Below are positions 31,125-41,182 of a stretch of DNA of 64,000 nt, in pieces (the first letter of the stretch is position 1; each line of letters opens with the position of its first letter). The stretch lies in the NCBI GenBank assembly GCA_963806535.1, contig CAWDYC010000005.1, positions 96,001 to 160,000 of the forward strand. Reading direction: 5' to 3'. The notes under the pieces were generated by a model. That model did no database searches. It was not told the DNA's origin and was given only the letters and a program-made list of their open reading frames with translations. A program made the position numbers and the translations under genes. This stretch comes from Candidatus Bathyarchaeota archaeon (GTDB taxonomy: Archaea > Thermoproteota > Bathyarchaeia > Bathyarchaeales > Bathycorpusculaceae).

Positions 31125-31739
31125 CTATGTTGAATTGAAAGGGCTTAGTTTGTTTCTTTTACGCCACTCCATATCTAACCCAAAGCCAAATAGCAACATC
31201 AATAATGCGGCAATGTCCAAATAAAATGGAGCGGTTGCAGGGACCTGGGGAGTAGAGTCAACAAATAACCTCAATAAATATGAACAAACCAATATTGCTC
31301 CACCAATCACACCAATAATTATGCCGCCTAATCTTAAATTGGGGTTTATGTTTTCACTAAGCAAGTTTTTGTGAGATGCCCTTTTCTTAAAATAATCATA
31401 AGAATAATATACAACCACAAAAAGAAAAACACTATAGTCAACTAACCTTCCTCCCCAAAGAAGTGCAAAACCACTAATTAAATTGTTCATTGTTAAAGAA
31501 TACAGAAACCATATTGTGAAGATTCCAATTCCAAAAGCAAGCATTAGAATTTTTGTTCTAAGGTTTATTTGACCAATTAACGAAGAGATGAAGGCTGAAG
31601 TTCCATGAAGCCATCGCCTCACTTTAAAACTAAGACTTCTGTCGACCGGGACGATTTGGGCTTTGAAAGGCGCATTTAAGACGGGTTCTTTTGGAAGCCA
31701 ACCCCTGATTCGATTTTCTAAACTCTTCTTCACATTCAT
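31125..31739 (-). CDS. Membrane protein with N-terminal RIRGWLPKEP motif (array member 4)
   Basis: Begins MNVKKSLENRIRGWLPKEP; about 4 TM helices; ATGA overlap with the upstream gene. Confidence 0.8.
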   Translation of the reverse strand: MNVKKSLENRIRGWLPKEPVLNAPFKAQIVPVDRSLSFKVRRWLHGTSAFISSLIGQINLRTKILMLAFGIGIFTIWFLYSLTMNNLISGFALLWGGRLVDYSVFLFVVVYYSYDYFKKRASHKNLLSENINPNLRLGGIIIGVIGGAILVCSYLLRLFVDSTPQVPATAPFYLDIAALLMLLFGFGLDMEWRKRNKLSPFNST

Positions 31740-32389
31740 GCTCTCAACGGCGACCCTGTTACTCTTGATAATTCTTGCTTAGCTGTTGTTTCCGAACTGT
31801 TAGCATTGCTGTTTGATGCCTTTGGACTCAGGTAGAATCCAGATCCGAACCAACTTTGTACTATACGCATATTTTCCTTTTTTTCTAAGACGGAAAATAA
31901 GATAACTCTCGTTATTTGGAATGAAACTCCATAAGCATAAAAAGAAATCAAAGATCCTTGCAAAGCTGATGGCTTGCTTACAAAGAAACCAAAAATAAAG
32001 AATATAACTGTTGGAACAATAAACAAAATCATGTCTTCTCCATTTGTAGAGAATTTGTAATCTTTTAAAAGCCGATTAAGTTGGTTTTTAGTAAACATCG
32101 TGCATGAGATTGCACCAACTGCTAAGCCAGCAATTATCCAAGCCACTAATTGGAAAGCTGAAATAGGGTACGTTTCAAGGTTTCGGGAAATAGAAAAGGT
32201 AAGAAACCCGTAAAGGGTTATCCAGAAAATTGCAAGTGCTCCTGCAACTTTCGTGGCGCTTACTTTGTATTGGGGCGGAGTTATCTGCGGTGGCTTTTTG
32301 TTTTCATAGTCCATATTTGATCTTCTGCTAATTATGTATGGCTCTTTTGGCAACCAACCGTGAAAAAGTTTTTCTAACCGCTTTTTCAA
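31736..32389 (-). CDS. Membrane protein with N-terminal GWLPKEP motif (array member 3)
   Basis: Begins MKKRLEKLFHGWLPKEP; about 4 TM helices. Confidence 0.8.
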   Translation of the reverse strand: MKKRLEKLFHGWLPKEPYIISRRSNMDYENKKPPQITPPQYKVSATKVAGALAIFWITLYGFLTFSISRNLETYPISAFQLVAWIIAGLAVGAISCTMFTKNQLNRLLKDYKFSTNGEDMILFIVPTVIFFIFGFFVSKPSALQGSLISFYAYGVSFQITRVILFSVLEKKENMRIVQSWFGSGFYLSPKASNSNANSSETTAKQELSRVTGSPLRA

Positions 32390-32392
32390 TTT

Positions 32393-33454
32393 TCAACCAC
32401 TCCCAAAATTCAGTTGGTCAACCCAGAGATTCCCAAAAACTTTATCATTGAATCCTATTTTTGCAGTGACATTTACTGAAAAATGCGCATCTTGGGGAAC
32501 CCATATGTCAGTTGAAAATGTCTCGCTTTGTTTGGGGTTAAGTGTTGATTCTATCCAGCCTATTTTTGTTTGGTCAGAATTAAACAGGACAGTTTCAAAG
32601 TTTCCAACGTACAAGGTTGCGATGCCAAGTCCGATGCCTGCCGGGGTTCCGGGACTTGCTTGCGGCTCATGGGACATCCCCCAGAGTATCCAATCAAGGG
32701 GCATAGTTCCGTTTTGGGTTTCTACAGAAACATTTACGATGGCCGAGTTAAAATTTCTTTGTGGACACTGCAAATCTATCTCTAAATAGTAGTAGTCTTT
32801 CTTGCTGTCAAGGTCAGCATATTGGTATACGTTGACGCTGACGTTAAAACTGCCGTTGTTACTTATTTGGTTCTGGCTTTTTACTATTGTTTTTGAAGGA
32901 TTAATTATTTGTGGATCCGTGGCATAAACAGGCGCAAACGTTGCGGCGCATAAGATTACTAATAATGCCACGGGCGCCACTTGAATCAACTTTGAGGACG
33001 CGGTACCTTTGCCCATGCGTAGCGTAACCAAATAAACTAAGACAACAGCTTCCAAAGGCAGAGCGAACCTCAGTGGAACAATGTAGAATGCAATAAGCGA
33101 TATTACTAAAAATATGATGGCGATGTTTACCCAAACTTTTTTCATTGTAAGCAAGCCCGCACCCACAACAAACAAAGCTGCGCTGTCCATCGCTGCTACT
33201 GCAGCCATAATGAACTGCACGTTAAAAGAGAGGTAGCCAAGTTGTGTTACCTGCTGAATAATTGCTAATATTGCGCCAAAACCGAATATCCAAAACAAAG
33301 CAGTAACGAGCTTCAAGCCTAGTGGCGCTCGGCTTAAGAAAATTCTTCGGGCTTTCTTATCCTGTGAATTTGACGCATTTAAACTTCTGGGAAGGCTTGG
33401 TTCTTTAGGTAACCAACCGCGAATACGGCCTTGAAGGTATCTCAGTGGTTTCGC
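32393..33454 (-). CDS. Membrane protein with RIRGWLPKEP motif and an extracellular domain (array member 2); expected start codon reads GCG
   Basis: ORF 32393-33316 extends in frame to (GCG)KPLRYLQGRIRGWLPKEP at 33454; about 5 TM helices, then a soluble beta domain. Confidence 0.75.
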   Translation of the reverse strand, partial: AKPLRYLQGRIRGWLPKEPSLPRSLNASNSQDKKARRIFLSRAPLGLKLVTALFWIFGFGAILAIIQQVTQLGYLSFNVQFIMAAVAAMDSAALFVVGAGLLTMKKVWVNIAIIFLVISLIAFYIVPLRFALPLEAVVLVYLVTLRMGKGTASSKLIQVAPVALLVILCAATFAPVYATDPQIINPSKTIVKSQNQISNNGSFNVSVNVYQYADLDSKKDYYYLEIDLQCPQRNFNSAIVNVSVETQNGTMPLDWILWGMSHEPQASPGTPAGIGLGIATLYVGNFETVLFNSDQTKIGWIESTLNPKQSETFSTDIWVPQDAHFSVNVTAKIGFNDKVFGNLWVDQLNFGSG

Positions 33455-33567
33455 ATGCTCAGCTCCGGAATAAGTTTACTGAAAATTACGCGAGCTATTT
33501 TGGCTGGGTGAATGCTTGCTTTGTTTTCTTCCGTTATACCTCTTTCTTTGGCAATGTCGATTACGAA
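33455..33567 (-). pseudogene. Orphan 3' fragment of a paralog of the HTH gene at 34441-34926
   Basis: FVIDIAKERGITEENKASIHPAKIARVIFSKLIPEL versus FLIDIARERGVEIEGCEKIHPAKLAHIVFSKLIPEL: 23/36 identical by manual count. Confidence 0.85.
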
Positions 33568-33616
33568 GTTGTTGAGGTGCGAATATCTGCTTTCGACTTG
33601 AAGGGGGAATTCCACT

Positions 33617-34444
33617 TTAGTAACTGGCATTTTCTTCGACCTGATACTTGTTTGCATTTTTTCTTAGATTAACTAATGAAATAGCCATGGCTACAATCAA
33701 ACTTGCTATTCCTACGGAAAGGAGAATATTGCCTTGGTTTCTATAGGGGTAAGAGACGATGAACCCGCTATGGGTTAGGTCAATTGGTGTTGTTATGGTA
33801 AACAAAGGTGAGGGCAGTTTTCCAGTCGCATTGCAGTAGAAACTGAAAACAACGTCTCTTACTATGGGTTGCTGGTCGCTCGGGCCGACTTCAAATGGTG
33901 GTTTCATAGAGATTGCGCTAATAATCAAGTCCTGCTTTTTAGTTTGGATGGTCGAAAAAGTACCAGTATAGTTGGTCTGTTGAGGACTGTAAGAGCTTGC
34001 TGAGACGTTGTAGGATGCGTACCTTAAAGTGACAAAGTAAACTCCTGCTGTGAGATTACTGGGCTCATTTAGATATACGTAGATTGGTGCCACCCAGTTA
34101 GAAGTGCCGACTCCTTCTAATGGCGGTGAAACAAAGACATTGATACTGCAGTTATAGTTCGTTCCGTTAAACTGGATAGGTGTTCGTAAAGACCCCCATT
34201 CTACGGGCAATTGGTAAGAACTCTGCACCTTAGAGACCGAGTTTAGGTATAATCCGCTAAGTATTAGACTAACGGCTAACACTACTACAATGAAATGGGC
34301 CAAATTAATTGCCGATTTTTCCGTTATCTGTCTGAGTTTCAAGGGCTTGGTTTCGAGCTTTATCTTCAATGGTTTGTTAGGATTTAGAGGCTCTTTCGGA
34401 AGCCAACCTCTAATTCTGCTTTGCAAACATCTTTTGGCTTTCAT
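33617..34444 (-). CDS. Two-TM protein with RIRGWLPKEP motif and a large extracellular loop (array member 1)
   Basis: Begins MKAKRCLQSRIRGWLPKEP; ATGA overlap with the HTH gene. Confidence 0.8.
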   Translation of the reverse strand: MKAKRCLQSRIRGWLPKEPLNPNKPLKIKLETKPLKLRQITEKSAINLAHFIVVVLAVSLILSGLYLNSVSKVQSSYQLPVEWGSLRTPIQFNGTNYNCSINVFVSPPLEGVGTSNWVAPIYVYLNEPSNLTAGVYFVTLRYASYNVSASSYSPQQTNYTGTFSTIQTKKQDLIISAISMKPPFEVGPSDQQPIVRDVVFSFYCNATGKLPSPLFTITTPIDLTHSGFIVSYPYRNQGNILLSVGIASLIVAMAISLVNLRKNANKYQVEENASY

Positions 34445-34926
34445 TGGCTCGTCAGCTCCGGGATTAATTTGCTAAAAACTATGTGTGCCAATTTCGCTGG
34501 ATGGATTTTTTCGCAACCTTCAATTTCCACGCCTCTTTCTCTTGCAATATCGATTAGGAATTGTTTTGTTTGGTTTAGGAAGGCTGCGTCGGTGACTTCT
34601 TCGGGGTTGTCATGCCAGTACCAGACTTTTAGGCCATGGCTTGTCGTGTAAGTTATGATGGCTTTTCGTTTGAGGACAGGGTGATAACCGAGCAGTATAG
34701 CTTGTTTTGGATACAGTTTTGTTAATTGAAGATCGTTTACTTGCGCCACATCCAGAAGTGTAGTAGCTATTTTCGCTTCGGCCGTCAAGCGTGTTTGATT
34801 TACGTATTGGCGTGTAGTGTTGAGTTTGTCAGCTATTTTGGTTACTGAAAAACCCTCGCTAATTAGGGACCAGATGACTTTTTGACTTTGGCTTAGCGGT
34901 GAGGAGAACGAACAGTTCGGACTCAT
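34441..34926 (-). CDS. HTH (sigma-region-4/LuxR-like) DNA-binding protein heading the RIRGWLPKEP array
   Basis: LSQSQKVIWSLISEGFSVTKIADKLNTTRQYVNQT followed by an unrecognised C-terminal domain (GLKVWYWH). Confidence 0.78.
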   Translation of the reverse strand: MSPNCSFSSPLSQSQKVIWSLISEGFSVTKIADKLNTTRQYVNQTRLTAEAKIATTLLDVAQVNDLQLTKLYPKQAILLGYHPVLKRKAIITYTTSHGLKVWYWHDNPEEVTDAAFLNQTKQFLIDIARERGVEIEGCEKIHPAKLAHIVFSKLIPELTSQ

Positions 34927-34933
34927 CAATATC

Positions 34934-34969
34934 CACGTAAATACGTGAGTATTTACAAGTATTTATAAT
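34934..34969 (-). promoter_or_regulatory. TATA box plus palindromic operator of the HTH gene
   Basis: GTAAATAC-GTGA-GTATTTAC (34937-34956) and CACGTA-AA-TACGTG (34934-34947) lie between the minus-strand TTATAAA (34963-34969) and the start codon. Confidence 0.6.
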
Positions 34970-35151
34970 TTGCTAAAATTGCTACACTTGAAAGTTTTCG
35001 CGGTGAAATTCTCACGCTGTACGCTGATTTTTAATTAAAATTGTTTTAGCGGTTTCCAGCCCATAAAGGGTTAGTAAAGAAATCTTGACTAAGACAAGTC
35101 AAGAAAGTTTTACGAGAAGTCTTTTATTGTAAATTAGTTCCAGAAGTTATC

Positions 35152-35994
35152 ATGGGAAGCATGAGCAAAGGTTTTGCATTATTATTCATTCTAACCATGA
35201 GTGTTTCATGTCTAATTCTGTTGATTATTAGACCTTCATATGCTCAGTCAATACCAACTCCATCTGTTCCAGAATTTAGTTTGAAGTATTTTACAAAATC
35301 ACTTGATTCAGAACCTGAAACTTCAATAAACCCCTACACTGGACAGAATGAAACAATCTCATCAGGCTATCATTATGACACAAGAAATGTAGAAATAACT
35401 ATAAAGAATCAGCCATTCAACCCATTTACAGATTCAAATGGAAACCATGTTGATTTGAACTATAATGTTACTTTCAAAGGACATTATACAGATACTTGGA
35501 GCCACTATCCTGACAGCACATACGAGGACCTTTTCAGCATGTCAGCTACTGGCGACACAATTATTAATGTATCTTTAGAAGGTTGGCCAGAACTTCCTAA
35601 GGGTGCTCTGTTAGATTTTAGATTGCAAGCAGTAATAGGACATTATAACTACGACACACCCCCATCAGGAACAGATTATATAACTGGTTTTACTGCCTAT
35701 CAAACAAGCAATTGGAGTAATCCACTGACGGTAACTGTCGGAGAAACTTCAAGCACAACTTCAACAAGCCAAACGGCTACACTAACGTCTACATCCACGC
35801 CGACCGTTCCAGAATTTCCAATATGGATCCCGATGTTTTTTACTGCAACGGTAATCTTCGGTTGTTTATTTGTGTACTTCAGGAAACACAATCCTGTAAC
35901 TAATCGCAATTTAGAGTGGGAGAATAACAAGAGAGTTATGGGAAATAATAAAAAGAAAGCAAACGATACTAAAAGATGCTGGAAGCCTGAGTAA
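35152..35994 (+). CDS. Secreted surface protein with a PEF-CTERM-like tail
   Basis: Signal peptide, PSVPEF, Thr-rich linker, then VPEFP, a TM helix and RK. Confidence 0.8.
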   Translation: MGSMSKGFALLFILTMSVSCLILLIIRPSYAQSIPTPSVPEFSLKYFTKSLDSEPETSINPYTGQNETISSGYHYDTRNVEITIKNQPFNPFTDSNGNHVDLNYNVTFKGHYTDTWSHYPDSTYEDLFSMSATGDTIINVSLEGWPELPKGALLDFRLQAVIGHYNYDTPPSGTDYITGFTAYQTSNWSNPLTVTVGETSSTTSTSQTATLTSTSTPTVPEFPIWIPMFFTATVIFGCLFVYFRKHNPVTNRNLEWENNKRVMGNNKKKANDTKRCWKPE

Positions 35995-38937
35995 ATGCAT
36001 AAATCGCTTTTGAGTTTGGTTTTAATTGGATTAATTGTTTCCTTAAGCTTATTTGGCACCGTACGGTTAAGCACGGCTCAAATCGGCACAAGCGTCAAGG
36101 GAACAATAAGTTCAGACACAACCTGGACGCAAGCGAAGAGCCCGTATAATCTGATGGGAACAGTAAATGTTGCCAGTGGAGTGATTTTAACAATTGAAGC
36201 TGGAACTGTCGTAAACTTGAACGGTACCAGCATAATAGTTAACGGCACTTTGAACGCAAACGGCAGTGCCACTAATAATATTCAGTTTAACGGTGGGAAC
36301 CTCAACAATGGGGTTTCTCTGGCTGGTTCAGATGGTCAATCAATAATTTCAAACAGCATTTTTACCGGCCAAATTATCGCCGGAGGCTCATCGACAATTT
36401 CAAACAACTTTATCATAGGAAGAATCGACATAAAGGGTGGTTCACAAACAATTGAGAACAACACAGTTTTGGGGTCTTTTAACGCGGACGGAATAGACTT
36501 TTTTGATTCAGCTAACGCCTACGCCTTAATCTCAGGTAACGTAATTTCCAGTTCTTGGAGAGGCATAGCAGTAACCGCCGGAAGCAGTGCAGTCATCGAA
36601 AGAAACCTTCTCTACAACAATACATACGCTATCGTTTCCGGAGCCAGCTCATATATGAATACTTCAGGATCCAACACCACAATTCTGAATAACACTGTTA
36701 CCGACAATGTGGGGGGAATTAGCGTAATAGGTTCTTTCTCTCCAACAATCATGAGCAACAATATCCAAAACAACAGCCAATACAGCCTTTCGTTAGCAGC
36801 ATCCAAGTCAGATATCAATGCAACTTACAATTGGTGTACTCTAAATGTTACAGCCACTTACAATTGGTGGGGAACAACAAATACAACTATTATCGGCCAA
36901 ACAATTCTTGATTCCAACTATAATTCTCCATCAGGCACCGTTACATTTGTTCCCGTCTTGAACGCACCAAATCCTCAAGCTCCAACTTATCCAAAAACAT
37001 GGATAGTTGATCCTCAAGGAACAGGTGATTTCATGTCGATTCAAGCTGCAATAAATGCATCCGCCCCTGGAGACACCATTTACGTTAAAAGCGGAACATA
37101 CTGCGAGCATCCTCTAATTACAAAAACCTTAACGTTGATTGGTCAAAGCGCGACTTCAACCATAATAGACGGTCAAGGTCAAAACAGAACATTGACTGCT
37201 CCCGGTTTGCTTCCTGAATCAATCGGAAGCATCCTAGCAATTGTAGCAAATGGCGTCACGATAAATGGTTTCACGATTCAAAACAGTGTTTCAGACGGAA
37301 GCGCAATCTGGCTTCAAGGTTACAATTATATAATGATTCAAAATAATATTGTTGCTAACAACAGTGACGGCATCAGGATACTTAATTCTACAGGAAACAT
37401 CATTAGCGGCAATACTTTAAGAAATAACTCAAATACCAGTCTAGGATTTGACGCATCCTACAACAATTCAGTTGTCAGCAATTATATTGCAAACAACAAT
37501 ATTGGAATAGGCGCAGGCATTCCATCGTACAACAACACAATTTCGTACAACAATATGACAGGTAATAATTACGGGTTCTATTTAGCAATTTATAACAGCA
37601 CTTTCTTTGGAAATAACTTTAACAACAATGTTCAAGTTGCCTTCTATGGAACTTACCCAAACAATTGGGATAACGGTGCTTCTGTTGGAGGGAACTTTTG
37701 GAGTGACTATCGAACAAAATATCCGAATGCAACTCAAATAGGCACTTCAAGAATTGGAAATACTCCTTACGTTATTGATTCAAACAACAAAGATAACTAT
37801 CCACTATGGACCACACAAGAAGGTGGACCATCGCCTTCACCAGCTCCAACGCCAACATCACACAACCCGACAATAACATTGAATCCTTCTGTGGGCCAAG
37901 TAGGCACTGGAGTTGTGGCCACGGTAACTGGGTTTCCCGCGTATGTATCAATTCTCTTTACTTTTGGCACAATAAACGGCACTCAGAACGTCGGGACGTT
38001 AACCTCAAGCAGCGGTGGCGGAACTGTTCAATTCAATGTTCCCCAAGTTCCTAACGGTATGTATAATGTTTCTGCGATCGGATCTCAAGGCGGCTTTGCT
38101 ACGGCAACATTTTTCGTCGGTCAAACACTATATCCAACTCCGACACCTACACTTTCACCAACCACTACCCCTACCCCAACGCAATCTCCAACGCCAACAC
38201 CCACCCCAGCACCCACGCCAACACTGCCAGCGCCAACCGTTACCGTTTCCTGCCAAAGTTCTGCTTTTTACTCAAACTTCAAAGTAGACATCACTGGAAC
38301 CCTGTCGGGAAACGGAATAGGAATAGCAAATGCTCCAATCTTGCTTTCTATCAGCGTTGATGAAGGCAAATCATGGACTGGACTAACAACTGCAGGCACT
38401 GATAATAGCGGTAACTTTGCTGCCGTTTGGTTTCCATCAGCCTCAGGCATTTATCTTCTTAATGCACGCTGGGATGGAAATTCATCTTTTTCAGATGCCA
38501 ACACAACAATCAATTTTGCCGTTTTACCCTATCAGGAACAGAGTGTTTTTTCCGTTTCTTCCAACTCAACCATCTCCGCGTTTGCTTTCAACTCCACAAG
38601 TCATGACCTAAGTTTCAGCGTCAGCGGACCCTCAGGCACAACAGGATACGTCGATATATATGTTCCAAAAACACTTATCGGTGACGCATCCATTCTCAAA
38701 GTTTCTCTTGACGGAAACAAATTAGAATATACCATCGCATCGCAAGGAGATTCTTGGCTCTTATCTTTTACTTATCACCATAGCATTCATCAAGTAACCA
38801 TAAACTTGGGGACTGCAACATCAGTTTCGTCAACACAAAGCCAAACTGAAGAATTAGTCGTCAGTGCAGCCGCAATCACTGCAATATTAGTTGTTGCAGT
38901 TGTGCTGATTCTTCGAAAACGAAAAAGCAAGAATTGA
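35995..38937 (+). CDS. Large surface protein with two NosD/pectin-lyase-like beta-helix domains, PT linkers and a C-terminal TM anchor
   Basis: Motifs GTISSDTTWT, YNWWG, DFMSIQAAIN...GDTIYVKSGTY, GNFWSDY and DNYPL; C-terminal TM plus RKRK. Confidence 0.88.
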   Translation: MHKSLLSLVLIGLIVSLSLFGTVRLSTAQIGTSVKGTISSDTTWTQAKSPYNLMGTVNVASGVILTIEAGTVVNLNGTSIIVNGTLNANGSATNNIQFNGGNLNNGVSLAGSDGQSIISNSIFTGQIIAGGSSTISNNFIIGRIDIKGGSQTIENNTVLGSFNADGIDFFDSANAYALISGNVISSSWRGIAVTAGSSAVIERNLLYNNTYAIVSGASSYMNTSGSNTTILNNTVTDNVGGISVIGSFSPTIMSNNIQNNSQYSLSLAASKSDINATYNWCTLNVTATYNWWGTTNTTIIGQTILDSNYNSPSGTVTFVPVLNAPNPQAPTYPKTWIVDPQGTGDFMSIQAAINASAPGDTIYVKSGTYCEHPLITKTLTLIGQSATSTIIDGQGQNRTLTAPGLLPESIGSILAIVANGVTINGFTIQNSVSDGSAIWLQGYNYIMIQNNIVANNSDGIRILNSTGNIISGNTLRNNSNTSLGFDASYNNSVVSNYIANNNIGIGAGIPSYNNTISYNNMTGNNYGFYLAIYNSTFFGNNFNNNVQVAFYGTYPNNWDNGASVGGNFWSDYRTKYPNATQIGTSRIGNTPYVIDSNNKDNYPLWTTQEGGPSPSPAPTPTSHNPTITLNPSVGQVGTGVVATVTGFPAYVSILFTFGTINGTQNVGTLTSSSGGGTVQFNVPQVPNGMYNVSAIGSQGGFATATFFVGQTLYPTPTPTLSPTTTPTPTQSPTPTPTPAPTPTLPAPTVTVSCQSSAFYSNFKVDITGTLSGNGIGIANAPILLSISVDEGKSWTGLTTAGTDNSGNFAAVWFPSASGIYLLNARWDGNSSFSDANTTINFAVLPYQEQSVFSVSSNSTISAFAFNSTSHDLSFSVSGPSGTTGYVDIYVPKTLIGDASILKVSLDGNKLEYTIASQGDSWLLSFTYHHSIHQVTINLGTATSVSSTQSQTEELVVSAAAITAILVVAVVLILRKRKSKN

Positions 38938-39058
38938 TACTTAAAATCGCTGAATAACTTATTCCCCATTTCTTTAAACGAAAATTGCGCATCGAGGGCA
39001 AAAATTCGCACTACTTAGAAGAAAGATTTGGGAAGTGTTAGAAAAGATTTTTGCGCTT

Positions 39059-39352
39059 TCAACTGAATTTGGGAAATTTAACCTTTCCTACATAATGCAG
39101 AATCCACTTTACAAGCTCATCATAGGTGTCCAATCCAAGCTTAGTTAAATAAACATCGTCATTTGAGTCAAATTGAATCAATCCCTTTCCTGACATCCAA
39201 GCCAGATACTTTACGAGCCGATCATAGGACATGCTAGTAGCAGTGGCAAGACTGGTTTTGTTTGTTCTGCCATGGTCTTTGAGGGTTTTGATTACCCTTG
39301 CCAAGACATAGAGATCAGGCTTTGAAATCGGCTCTCCTGAACTCACTGTCAA
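39059..39352 (-). CDS. Winged helix-turn-helix protein
   Basis: Motif KPDLYVLARVI...KTSLATATSMSYDRLVKYLAWM...LTKLG. Confidence 0.8.
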   Translation of the reverse strand: MTVSSGEPISKPDLYVLARVIKTLKDHGRTNKTSLATATSMSYDRLVKYLAWMSGKGLIQFDSNDDVYLTKLGLDTYDELVKWILHYVGKVKFPKFS

Positions 39353-39983
39353 ACCACCGAAGCTCCCATAGAAGCGAATCAAGACGTCCAACCTGTTCAA
39401 AACGAATGCGAAGATCCTTCATGCTTAGAACTAAAACAAGAACAAGAGGAATCACGAAAAGCGAAATTGGGTCAAGGCTCGAATGAACAATATTCCCCAT
39501 GAATCCCGACAAAACACCAAACAAAATGAAAGCCAACACCCAATAAGCCATTATCTTTGCAACCCCATAAACTGCGAATCCAAGCTTTGCCACCCTTATA
39601 TCGCTAAAGGTTTTTTCCCAGTTTGTTTCTTGCAAAAGCTTCAATGCGCCAGGAGTTCCCTCGTTCAACGTGCTTTTCCACTGCATAATTGCAACGGAAT
39701 TTAATTTTCGTCGAACCCACAAAACTCCAATAATCACTCCAAAGAAAACGATTACAACACTGTAGAAAGGAAGCACAACCGAATTTCCTGGATAAACAAT
39801 GCTATACCCATAAAAAACATCCAGTAAATTAATTGCAATGTTTACTGCTTCTGCAGATACTAACGAAGCCACAAAAATTATTACAAAATCCGCCATCGCA
39901 TTCGCGAATTCTTTGTATGCTTTAACTTGATCCAACGCATTCATGAACTCAACCATTTTGCTGGTAAGGTTCTCTTCTGTCAA
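39315..39983 (-). CDS. Four-TM membrane protein
   Basis: Four hydrophobic segments; C-terminal LLWELRWFDSEFRRA; coupled to the wHTH gene. Confidence 0.72.
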   Translation of the reverse strand: MTEENLTSKMVEFMNALDQVKAYKEFANAMADFVIIFVASLVSAEAVNIAINLLDVFYGYSIVYPGNSVVLPFYSVVIVFFGVIIGVLWVRRKLNSVAIMQWKSTLNEGTPGALKLLQETNWEKTFSDIRVAKLGFAVYGVAKIMAYWVLAFILFGVLSGFMGNIVHSSLDPISLFVIPLVLVLVLSMKDLRIRFEQVGRLDSLLWELRWFDSEFRRADFKA

Positions 39984-40486
39984 AATCCAACACCATATCC
40001 TTGAATACTTACCTGCGCGTTTCCTTGAATAAGAAACCAGTAAACCGAAATTCGCGAGTCCATTTCTGGGTAAGTTTCTGGGAATTGATTTACAGCGAGA
40101 AGGCGAGGGAGGTCAGTGCTGTTTGAAACGAACTCTGCATCTATTGGATGATTGTCAGAAAGATTGATCCCTAAACTTTGAGTTGCAAAACTTCCTGGAG
40201 AGGGTCCGGTGCTGCGTAAGTTTACTGAGAATTTGTAATGAGCTACCGCAGGTATCACTGTTTGCGTGCCGTTTGGGAATATTAACGTTGTATTGGATTG
40301 TCCATTGTAAACTTGGGGTATTATGTCAATTTCAACTCTGAGGTTAGCATAGGAAGTTTTTGAGATAACTACTGCTGTATAGGCATTTGCGTAAGTGTTA
40401 ACATTGATGGCGCGAAATGAAGATACAACGGCGACTTGGGCCGCTACGATTATAACTAATGCTAAGAGCAGCCAGAGTTTTTTCAT
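39980..40486 (-). CDS. Secreted or membrane-anchored hypothetical protein
   Basis: Signal anchor MKKLWLLLALVIIVAAQ at 40486. Confidence 0.68.
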   Translation of the reverse strand: MKKLWLLLALVIIVAAQVAVVSSFRAINVNTYANAYTAVVISKTSYANLRVEIDIIPQVYNGQSNTTLIFPNGTQTVIPAVAHYKFSVNLRSTGPSPGSFATQSLGINLSDNHPIDAEFVSNSTDLPRLLAVNQFPETYPEMDSRISVYWFLIQGNAQVSIQGYGVGF

Positions 40487-40651
40487 GATTGCTATAGAAG
40501 AAAGCTGTGAATATAAGTCAAACTCACTTTCAATGAGTATGTTCAAATTATTACAAAAAAAGATGTTGGTTGGTTGTTGAATTGATTTAGTGAATCTATC
40601 ACACAATCTTTTAACGGGCGGAGTTCGCAAGAGAGCCTTGGAGACGGCAAC

Positions 40652-40891
40652 TTGAGGAAAGACAACAGGTACATCAGATATTTCGTTAATAGAAAATTTG
40701 CGGTAGACGCTGTTAGCATGGCAATCTTTTGGGTAATAGTATACACGCCTGTATTTTTGTATACTTCAAAGTCGATCGAGGCCGCGTTGATTGGTCTCGG
40801 TTCCTCCGCGATATTAGAGATTCTTTTCGGTGGAGTTTACGGCAAATTCAACGATTGGTTTAGAAGAAAAGCAGGCGTAAATGAAAGTTAA
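40652..40891 (+). CDS. Small membrane protein resembling one repeat of the L-alanine exporter AlaE
   Basis: FAVDAVSMAIF...YGKFNDWFRR pattern with two TM segments. Confidence 0.5.
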   Translation: MRKDNRYIRYFVNRKFAVDAVSMAIFWVIVYTPVFLYTSKSIEAALIGLGSSAILEILFGGVYGKFNDWFRRKAGVNES

Positions 40892-40955
40892 TACTTTTCA
40901 TAGTTAACACCAGTTGGTTTATATTGTTTAATGTCGATGAAACGTCTGAAATTCA

Positions 40956-41144
40956 ATGCCAATAAAGAAAGAACTTGAAAAAACATGCCCTGAATGCGAA
41001 GAAGAAATGAATCCTGTATATGACAAAAACAAGATTCTAATTTGTTGGGAATGTACCGAGTGCGGTACACGCGTTTCAGAATCTAAAGAAGATTTAACAA
41101 GAAAAGCTATAGCCTGTATCATGTTTGAGTTGGTTTTCACTTGA
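40956..41144 (+). CDS. Small zinc-ribbon protein
   Basis: CPEC...CTECG. Confidence 0.55.
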   Translation: MPIKKELEKTCPECEEEMNPVYDKNKILICWECTECGTRVSESKEDLTRKAIACIMFELVFT

Positions 41145-41182
41145 AGAAAGATAAATTTGGATCCCACGAAGACGGGTACAAT

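Noticed and set aside
35083-35104. Inverted repeat TCTTGACT-N6-AGTCAAGA upstream of the 35152 gene
   Set aside because: A plausible operator, but it is a single copy with no assignable regulator.
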